Shown in pieces: positions 11,349 through 20,000 of a stretch of 20,000 nt of DNA. The DNA comes from Perkinsus olseni (Eukaryota), in NCBI GenBank assembly GCA_013115125.1, contig JABANN010000073.1:60875-80874 (forward strand), read 5' to 3'. A program made the translations under genes and the position numbers. The notes beneath the pieces are model-generated. The model was not told the DNA's origin, made no database searches, and worked only from the letters and a program-made list of their open reading frames with translations. Every line of letters starts with the position of its first letter. The stretch's first letter is position 1.

Positions 11349-12361
11349 CTACCAATGCAGCAGACTGAGCGAGCCGTAGACCCCACCCGTGTCTCATCCT
11401 CCAGCAGACTAATTGTTCGCGATAGGTCGACCTGCACAACTTGCGACTAGAGCCTCACCGATCAGTAGAATGCAATGAATCGTTTGCGCCCAGCTTGGGC
11501 CCAAGGCATCGAAGATGGGCTAGCAGTGAATATCTCAGGATGGGCAGACTAAAACAGTTGTCGAGGACAACCGGGGCTCTGGATTCATAACCATTTCCAA
11601 CCCTTCGTTCGCGCCACTTACCACCATCAACTGCAAACTGGTGTTGTCCGCCTTTAATTGCTGAACTTGCGATAATAGCCTCTTATTCTCGTTGCGCTGA
11701 CTCCTCATAAAGGAGCGTTCGAGTCCATCGAAGAACTCGTCATAGCCTAAGGAAGCCGCTCGGACAAAAGACGAGCTCCTTTGCTAACCGTAACTTGATT
11801 CGGCCACATCCAACGTCGCCGACGCGGATACCAAATATGACGGTTAAACACTCACTCGCAAGGATATCTTCCTTGACCCGCTCTATGCAGCGCCTTTCTT
11901 CTTCGCTTAACGAAGCACGATCTGACTTCTGTTCATTCATCTCAGTTTCCTGACCCCGCAGGACGGCGAGTTCTTTCCGGGCTGTGAGAACCTCGATAAG
12001 CAGTGAAGCTGCTCGCGAATAAAGTCGCACAGACAGAGTCCCTAACAGACTCCAGTCGAAACCACCTCAGTCTCTACGGTGCGCTGCAGGTCTCGTATCT
12101 TTTGCTTTAGCCCTGAAGAAACGAACTATGGCTCACGATCGGCGATTTCAACGTGCCACACTACAGAAATCACTCCCACCATAGCTCGCTGGACCGTGCG
12201 ACACCATGCGGTTTCCCGGGAGGGACCACTTCCGCTTCTGAAAACTCACCTATACTGCGTGCCTCTCCCTCCGGGGTCGCTTCGTCAACTGCATCACTAA
12301 TGCCTTCTATCTGAGGCACCAGCGACGTCTGGCCCTTCAACGAAGGCGGACTGAATGACAT
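11349..12361 (-). CDS. Small coiled-coil protein, multi-exon
   Basis: Exons read MSFSPPSLKGQTSLVPQIEG..., LKQKIRDLQRTVETE, VLTARKELAVLRGQETEMNEQ...RCIERVKEDILA, YDEFFDGLERSFMRSQRNENKRLLSQVQQLKADNTSLQLMV|VDLSRTISLLEDETR... with heptad-like spacing and GT-AG boundaries. The stop position (11349-11351) is tentative. Confidence 0.65.
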
Positions 12362-12473
12362 CCTAGGCAGCACAACTAGAGAAATCCTTCCGTTCCGCTT
12401 CTCTAGAACTCAACACCATATGGTTCTGTCTGGAAAGGAATCCGGTAGGCGTGCTCCTCATGATTAAGTGGGA

Positions 12474-14034
12474 CTACCACACGATCGGGTCTGGGAACCA
12501 CTTGTCGACAAGGCGCCTAGCCGAGAACATAACCTGCAAACAGCCGGAGAGGGCCTGATCCCTCCGGTTCAGGGAGACTCCACTTATTAGACCGCAGTCC
12601 GCGGTCCAGTGAGTCCGATTGTGCTACGATTGTGGTTGCCATTCGATGAGTTGCAGTGAGTGGGAATGAATCGGTTGCAGAGCGAGATCCACGTGAAACC
12701 TACCTCCAAAGGCGGCGTATTCAAGCCGTTCTTGGTGCCTGAGACCCAGCAGCAGCTCGATGCTCATACCATTGAACTGGAGCTACCGTGGTCATAAACC
12801 GTAAAGTCATCAAAGAGCCAAGCGAAGTTCTGAACGTCCTTTTCGCTCAACCATCGAGGGTCGACGCTGTGAAGGGAATGGTAACGGACGCCATACCTGA
12901 CCCGTTGGCCGCGAAGTTGAACCTCAGTCGCATAAAATGCCTCACAGGAACTCCTCAGGCAGATCTACGCCTGGGCAGCACTCCAGAAACTTCTGATATC
13001 CAAATTCATCGTGGCTGTAGGTGACCACGCACGCATCCAAACCAGCGTGCTCAGCCGGGCAAGAAAGTATCAAATTGCCTGCAGCCAACGATATGACACT
13101 GGCCCATGAGAAGACATACTTCCATCAACATAGAAGTCGTCCTCGCCGGTCAGAGATAGCGTCTTGCCGACATCATGGAGGATGCCGAGCAGCAAGTACC
13201 TTGAGAGTCGGATATGTCCAGCCGCCCTCTCCAACTTTCTCCCGCGCGCTTCATAAATACGAGAACTCGGAATCAAACGAGGGGTGAAAAGTCGCAGCGA
13301 AAGCACGAACTGCTGAACGACATACGACCTGAAACTTCGGATGTTTCTATGGATGATTATGTATCAGTATGCACAATCTATGCGGCATACGAAAGAAGCC
13401 CCAACAGGGTGGCTGGTTGTCACGGCAACTACTGGGGAAAACTCAGAACAATACACGGCAGGGCTGAAGGGAAAATTTGACGGAAATCGTCAAGCCAACG
13501 AAATGACCCACCACTCTTCAGTCTTATTGTTGGCCAGCATCGCCTCGTAGACTTGTAGGGAATGAACCTGGGAGGACGAGCAAGCCATCACAGTCTGTGA
13601 TTCACAGATCCGCAACCAAACGCCCCGTCCGTTCCGCCACGTGAACTGCGCTTTACTGAACATCTTGCTCTCGCAGTCAAGCAGCAAGAACATCGCTGAC
13701 TACGGGTCAAGCGCCGTATGAGAACGAAACGAGGGACATCTCCTTCCCGGCTATGGGAGCTCTAGTGCTGCTCGACCTACGAACTGACTAGTCGTCCCCA
13801 AGGCTGCATCGCTCCTGTCCACGGTCAGAGCGAGCTTCTCAACAACTTGCCACATGGTGATGTTACTGCCAAATATAACACTACCAGCATGCTCCCTGAA
13901 CTGCATGGCTTAGCGGAGTATTTTCACGTATGTTCTACCTCCTTTTCCTCAAGACATCCTCGATACTCATCTCTCTATGCCCGACATCGATGCTCTCGGA
14001 AATCTTCAGCATACGACTGCGATATGCGGGATAT
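12474..14034 (-). CDS. MIOX: Myo-inositol oxygenase-like HD-domain di-iron oxygenase (divergent, short-loop form), 8 exons
   Basis: Exons 14034 (or ATG 14012)-13939, 13895-13781, 13567-13512, 13199-13120, 13078-12946, 12896-12787, 12738-12704 and 12533-12474 are all GT-AG and in phase. From ATG 14012 they give 220 aa: ...VGHREMSIEDVLRKRREHAGSVIFGSNITMWQVVEKLALTVDRSDAALGTTSQFVHSLQVYEAM...WYLLLGILHDVGKTLSLTGED...AGLDACVVTYSHDEFGYQ...LPEEFLYGVRYHSLH...FTVYDHGTK...RRLVDKWFPDPIVW*. This is colinear with the MIOX motifs VDESD, H-x2-QTAE, HDLGK, GLD...GHDEY, IRFHS, FDLYTK and LIDKY-P-x3-W. Confidence 0.88.
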
Positions 14035-14191
14035 CTATCCACAGAGAGGAGCGTCCTTGCTGGGGTCCTCGTATTTGTAGCGCAACGGGGTGGAGTAGGA
14101 GGGACTACAGCGTTGCGACATCAAGCCCTAATCTCAGCACAATTTTCAATCTCATGATTCCGCCATTGACTCGGCTCATTCGTTCGAAATT

Positions 14192-15844
14192 TCATCTTGT
14201 CCATGCGCGCTTATCGACCGCCTCGAGGATAGGAGTGATCGAGTTCACTGCAAGATTAACCAAAGGAGAAAAGTCTACCTACTGCCCACCAACGATCCCC
14301 TCCTCCCATATTTTCTGGAACGCTTCCGTGAAGCCAGTAGAGGTCTCGCTGCAGGTCAAGCTGTGTATCCTGGCCGCGACAACGGGGGGTAGAGTGTCGA
14401 GCACCTGCTTCAGGTGATATACGCCTGTTTCGCCACGACTCTCATGGCGTGCTGGCGGCTGACTTGAAGCTGAATCCCCGAAGCGAAGGAGCCGAACATA
14501 CCGTAATGAGCCAATCAACCAGATAACCCACACGAAGGTGTGGTTCTCGCTTAGTTGCAAAACGCACAGAGGCAACCGACACTTAAAAATCAGCTCGAAA
14601 CATCGAATACTCCGAAGTGAGCATGGTGACTCACGTCTCTCCTCAACACTAGGCAACATTTCCTTCCCGAACCGTCTTCCATAGGCGGACCGTAACACAG
14701 CTGACCGCGAATGGCAGCCAAAACGGCGTTACCAGCGCAGCAGTGCGTCTAAGGTAGAGATTTGTCCCACAACACTCGCGAAGGGTCCATGCAGAGCCCG
14801 TTGGGGTTCTGCAAGTCCTGGAAGCGGGCATACGCTCCGAAAAGGGAAATTGCCACTGGCAATTTGCCAGAAGACGACGAATTGTCAGGGCTGTTCAGCG
14901 TCGAACGCAGAGTCAAGCAGCGCAATAGAGTTGAGGCACGAGACTTACGAATCCTCAAGGGCCGAGGAAGCGGAAATAACTACGTGAAAGGCGAAAGGCT
15001 GTCGCAGGGTTAGCTCATGATACGGAGCTCATGCCGAGCAGCTGAACCTCTCGCAGAACAGAATCCGCTTGAAACTTAAATACCTTACGAATGCCCAAGT
15101 TGACAGCCCCGAGTTGTCATATTCTCGCGGTCGAATATACCAGGAGCGACAGAGATCGCTTGGTGAAAACTGTGCACCTAAAGAGGGCCCCTCAGCTCTT
15201 CTCTTGTGAAGAGACAGGAGTACGAAAGAGGTACGAACTTTCGCGTAGCAGCACATTCATCTGATATCCCACGTTGCTCTCTGAAGCTTTTGTCAACGTA
15301 TTGGGCGACGGGCATGAGCTGATGATTCTGCCACCTGTCGTGGAACACATGGGACCATAAGCCACTGACGGAAGCCTACGGGTCCACGATGAGTGCAAGC
15401 TCGGTGAAAGCCTTGAGCGAACCCATCGTGCTGGCTCTCTGCAGTATAGACACTGCCGACGGAGAGTCACCCTCCTCAAAGGCCACAACAGCGGATTCAA
15501 TGTATCTGATCACCGTGTTGATAGCAGGACCCACGGTATTTGCAGTGACCAACCCCTGCTGGCGTGCCACGGTACCACGGCAATCAATGCATTCCGACGA
15601 ACTGGCTACGAGATCAAGCGGATCTTTGACACTGGGGTTGCATTAGGCGCTCGTGCGTCACGCGTGGCTAAATAAGACTGTACCACGGACTACAAACCCA
15701 CCGCTCTATCTCGGATTCATTTATAGAATCCTCAGCTGACCAGGTCGCGACTGACATGGGCGCCTCAAGGCCAGCATCAGGTGACTCGACAGAAGCGAAG
15801 ACACAGACTGCCTTTAAAAGCGAGACGAGGCTTAGGAGTCGCAT
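14192..15844 (-). CDS. Signal-peptide-bearing hypothetical protein with a Sel1/TPR-like helical motif; may be the N-terminal part of the MIOX-like gene
   Basis: ATG at 15844 gives MRLLSLVSLLKAVCVFASVES (signal-peptide-like). Intron 15632-15701 joins in phase to VKDPLDL...AVSILQRASTMGSLKAFTELALIVDP, a Sel1-like A-x3-L-x-RA-x3-G-x3-A-x3-LA pattern. Further exons run down to VLDTLPPVVAARIHSL...FQKIWEEGIV. Middle exons are ambiguous. It ends either at the stop 14192-14194 or splices 14282 to 14035 into the MIOX-like frame. Confidence 0.6.
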
Positions 15845-16357
15845 TGGTAAAGCTGGTAGAACCCAGGTGGCAGCCTGACCAGAGTTGGAGGAAACTACAT
15901 GGGCCGCTGGGCATGAACTGCTCCGTCCGCAAACTCCTCGAAGTGGTGAAAATGACACGGAGTTGTTGATGCACTGTCCCGAGCTAGCTCACGGATCAGA
16001 CTGATCAGCGACAGACGAGAGGCGGTCTCCCATGGCCCCTTGCCCCCTCTCCTTTACAACTGCGATCAACTCAGCACCGACGTTATGATTGCAGAATAGC
16101 TCGTCACCCGAACCGGTCATCACGGGCTGCAGAAATGGATGTATTGATTCTATAGGTAGCTATTTCAGTGACTGAAGACAAATATGATAGTGACGGTGAC
16201 ATAGGAAAGGCTCTAGTGCATTCACCAGGGCGACCAACAAGAACATTAAATGATAGCAGGTAGAACCACATTGGAGGCGAACGTTCAATTGTTACAGTGA
16301 AAATAAGGCCAGCCACCGAATGAGAAGCGGTCTATACCAAGCCGCGGCTATGGCGAA

Positions 16358-19300
16358 CTATCGATTCCCAGAGAGAGGCGCCACGTGGATTACTGCCTCG
16401 CTCGGGCTGATGCGTTGGATATACAGCCGATTCTCTGAGAACTGCGAGGAGTCTCGCAAACCCTTTACCCAATCTGCAGCCTCTCGCAAGTGAGCAGTCA
16501 CCACTCCAGGGAGCTGGCCAGCTGGTTGACTCACAGCTTCTTGCGGTTCAGAAGACGCACCAGTTGCGCCGACTTGATCACTAGCACCATCGGCACTTGG
16601 CGAGGGAGCCTTCTCTTCATCGCTGCTTGCAGAGAGAGGTGAAACCTCAAAGGCTTCGTCCACCAACTCGTAGATTCTCACCAGCATCTTCAAGCCAGGA
16701 CCAAGACCGAGAACTGGATTCCTCTTGCAGTTCTCCATAAACGCCGGCGCATAGTACAACAGATAAGCGGGCTTCTCATCAATCCCGTCACGATTGAGGT
16801 AGTCGACAAGCTCGTCGCGCTTGGTCTCTGGCAGCTCGTAGAAGGCGCTCTGCAAAAGCCGAGTATCAGCAGGGTTAAAGATCCGACACAGACAGACGAC
16901 CCTAGCGAATGCTCGATCCGCTCTGTTAGTCATACTGGGGAAGCTCTCAGCCGCCCGTTTTAAGAGAAAACGATCATAGACGTCGCGGGGGCAGGAGGTC
17001 TGTAGCTCCTGGATGGCTTCAATTCCCCTGGCGAAATTATTGTACATAGTCTCCGACATGAAGAGGCTCCCTTCCAAGGACCTGGCGCCCAAAATACCAG
17101 CCATGTCGGCGAAGATGTGGAAGAGGAAGAACGGCATAGCATCATTCGTCTTGTCCTTGAATAGCTGCTTTATGCCAACCAGATTCGCCGGCAGGTTCTC
17201 ACCCTGCAAGAACTGTCCGAAATTGAAATTAACACGAAGAGAGGTCCGTATCAAGTCCTTATAGTGGTCGGACAGACTCTTATAGCTGGGAAGAACTTCT
17301 GGGCAGTGGTTCATGATGTATCCAAGGGCGGTGTCGTGGTCGTGAATCTCGTGAGGCACCACATCCGCACGGAAGTCGTTCATCTTGCCGAGATCGTGGA
17401 TTGCTGTAAAGCACAGGAGGGCATCCAAAAGCTCTGCATCTCGCACGGACTCCACCTTCACCACCTTCGTAACCCAGTGCCGAATGGCTTGCCAGGAACG
17501 CTCTGTGAGGCGCTCCTTCGGGTTCTGTCCCCTAACGAACTGATCGTACTGGTTAGAGCACACCCAAAAGACACTGAGCATCGCCCCTTGGGTTCGCAGA
17601 CTTTCAACTTCTGCCGCGGCGAGAGGCACCGATGCCGAGGCATCTGGCGTGAGATCAATTCGCCCCTTGAAGTATCCAAGCTCCGGATAAACAGAGCGGA
17701 TCTGCAAGAGGAAGTCGCTCTCCGTACACGAGTTGGCCAGAATGTCTTGCGCCAAGCGCAGACCCGCATTGCGGTGACGAGCTAGTAAGGCCTGAGAAAC
17801 GATGCCTAGAATGACTCAGGGGTTCAAAGAAGAACGAGCCGGCCGCCTCACCTCATCTGTGACAGGAATCCAAGGCTTCCCTTCGACCACTGCTTCATAG
17901 TCGTTGATCTTAGTGAGAAATAGTTTCATTTGATCAAACGGCATACGGGCGGAATATGTTGCTCCCAGAACAGCCAGATCCTTGATGTGGACGGTGATGT
18001 AGCCATCCTGGTACTCCTCAGCGTCGCCGAACTCGTCTTCAGCCGTCTCGTAGACCTTCAGCAGCATTCTCACGGCAGATAACAAGCCAACGGACTCATT
18101 CCGTTTAGAGTTGCACAGGAAAGCCGGCGCATAGTAGATGAGGTACCCAGGGCGACCAGTGATGCCGTCCCTAGTGAGGAACTCCGTGAGGGTTGAACGC
18201 TCCGACGAAGTCAAGCCTTCGTTCCACACAGCCATGACCTCTTCGGCATCACTTATGTCACTCACTCGGGCCTGGCATGCTAGCCGGGCCAAAGCGAAGT
18301 CAGATCTGCTGACCACATCTTCTCCGAAAGTCCTTGCCCGTCTGGTCAAGTAGGACTTGTAGACTTCATCTACGCTCTCCGTAGTGAGCATCTCCAAGCA
18401 GTCGACACCATCTTGGAATGTACTGTATAGGGACTGATCCATGGTCAAACTCCCTTCCCATGTCCGAGTTCCAGAGGTACCAGCGATATCCACGAAAATG
18501 TGGAACAAGTAGAAGGACACTGCATCCTTGCCTTCATCACCCAGCATAGTTTTAACCTTCATCAAGTTGGCCGGCAGATTTTCGCCCTGCAGGAACTGCC
18601 CAAAGTTGAACTCCACCGACAACGCGCAATGAATCAACTTCTGGTAGAAGGGCGGCAGCCTCAGGTAGCTGGGCAAGACCTGGGGGGTGTTCTCGATGAT
18701 ATACAATAGGGCCTTGTCGTGGTCGCAGATACCCGGAGACAAGTCTCTACGGATATCGCGGATCTTGCCCAAGTCATGGATGGCCATGAAACACAGCATT
18801 GCGTCCACCGCAACCGGATCCCCCGTCAGCTTGACCACGTTCTCGATCCACCACTGGAGAGTGCGCCAACTATCACGACTGAGTCGATCAGCAGGAGCTT
18901 GGTTCTTCGTGAAGTCGCAATAGTTGTCGGTGCAGATCGAGTAGATGCAGAGCATCGCGCAGACAGTTCGCCTATACTCAGCGTCGCTGTCTGAAAGGGC
19001 CGCCGACGGGTGAATCGCATCAGGGGAACTGTCTGTTCTCCCCACAGTGTTCCGGAAGTACTGCAACTCGGGATAGACCTTCTTGAAGTTGTCCAAGAGT
19101 TTCGCCTGCTCGCAGCTGCCCTTGAGCAAGAACTCTGCATTCTTCCGCCCAGCGGCATTCAGCGCCTCCAGCTTCTTCTCAGATGTCCATAAACGCCAGG
19201 GTGCAAGTCTGACTTGCCCCTCACACTTGCCACGCTCCCCCTCGGCACGATGGATGCGGAAGAAGGTAGACTTGAAGACAATAGCAGAGTCGCACTGACG

Positions 19301-19929
19301 AGCAAGTTCGGCAACCTCCGCGATGTGAATGGTTATCACGTCGCAGTCCTCTGACGCCGATCCCTCGGACTGCGGCACAGGGTAGAACGAGGCGTCTCCG
19401 TGAGATTCGGGACACACCCCATATTTCACCGCGGCAGCATCATAGATGCGCAACAAGAGACGCATGGCCAGGACCAAACCCACATCGGGATTTCTCCGGG
19501 CGTTCTCCATGAACGCCGGCATGTAGTAGATGAGGAACCCCGGTGACTTCTCAATTCCATCTCGATTGAGATAATCACTAAGCCTGGCTTGCTCACCAGG
19601 CTCTAGCTGGTTCCAAGCATCCAATACTGCTCGGCCGCCTTCCTTGTCGAAGACCCGTGAACAACAGGCTGGCCTGATGATGGCACGGTCAGTCGGAGTC
19701 TCGAACTTGAGCCCTTGCTCTTCACCACGCAGCTTCAAGAAGGCATCATAGGTGTCGTTCATCGACTCGTGGGTCAGTAGCTGTAGCGTCGCAAGGCCTT
19801 TCTTGAAGTTGTTGAACATTGTTTCCGTCATGAAGAGACTGCCATCCAAGCTCTTGGCCCCCATGATGCCGGCCATGTCGGCAAAGATGTGGAAGAGGTA
19901 GAAGGCCAGGGCATCATCACCTTTGTTAC
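16358..19929 (-). CDS. Large protein with at least 3 tandem ~440-aa HD-like (DUF6829-like) domains; 5'-truncated by the window edge
   Basis: ORFs 17816-19948 and 16358-17755 join through intron 17792-17851. Repeats share PW...YPELxYF, RTxxAMLx(I/V), AIHDLGK, DHD, FNFGQFLQGENLPANL, FxLFHIFxDxAG, GSLxM, RDGI...YxPAF and TxH(I/L). A probable acceptor at 19930 means more exons lie outside the window. The DUF6829 label is recalled from motif similarity (DLGK, HD, FNFGQxxQxENxP, DxAG), not from a search. Confidence 0.88.
17792..17851 (-). other. 60-nt spliceosomal intron joining the two long ORFs
   Basis: The junction is GAT GAG|gtgagg...tttctcag|GCC TTA. The spliced product PWIPVTDEALLARHRNAGLRLAQDILANSC aligns without gaps to the previous repeat, PWRLWTSEKKLEALNAAGRKNAEFLLKGSC. 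Confidence 0.9.
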
Positions 19930-20000
19930 CTAGGCACACTCGCAGCAAAGCCGCTAGACGTGCGATCTCGAGTTAGGCACTCATTGTGTTGCGATGGAGG

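Noticed and set aside
13490-13693. 67-aa minus-strand ORF as an independent gene
   Set aside because: Only 13512-13567 fits the MIOX alignment; the rest lies in the 213-nt intron.
14192-15844. Calling this gene SEL1L/Hrd3
   Set aside because: Only one convincing Sel1-like motif is visible and no C-terminal transmembrane anchor was identified.
16104-16316. 70-aa minus-strand ORF downstream of the repeat-domain gene
   Set aside because: It has a non-ATG start and no motifs, and lies in the probable 3' UTR/intergenic region.
17756-17851. Stop read-through, frameshift or two separate genes between the 710-aa and 465-aa ORFs
   Set aside because: A canonical 60-nt intron restores a gap-free alignment with the preceding repeat.
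474-19298. Numerous plus-strand ORFs of 60-179 aa
   Set aside because: They lie antisense to well-supported minus-strand exons and show no recognisable motifs; they are shadow ORFs.

Overview
Compact, intron-rich eukaryotic genomic DNA with many 40-70 nt GT-AG introns. Every gene I can support is on the minus strand, so the ORF track shows only fragments. The architecture resembles an alveolate such as Perkinsus; this is an inference, not proven. Splicing by hand gives, in coordinate order: (1) a complete POP-type organellar family A DNA polymerase with a mitochondrial-like presequence and intact 3'-5' exonuclease motifs (196-4833); (2-3) one or two hypothetical genes (4935-7424); (4) a Rubisco-LSMT/SETD3-like SET-domain protein with a probable N-terminal membrane anchor and a degenerate NH motif (7845-10982); (5) a small coiled-coil protein (11349-12361); (6) an 8-exon myo-inositol-oxygenase-like HD-domain di-iron enzyme with all six metal ligands, not visible in the ORF track (12474-14034); (7) a signal-peptide protein with a Sel1-like motif that may be spliced onto the oxygenase (14192-15844); (8) the 3' part of a large protein with at least three tandem ~440-aa HD-like (DUF6829-like) domains that runs off the window (16358 to beyond 19929). 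No rRNA, tRNA, CRISPR array or transposon was recognised.
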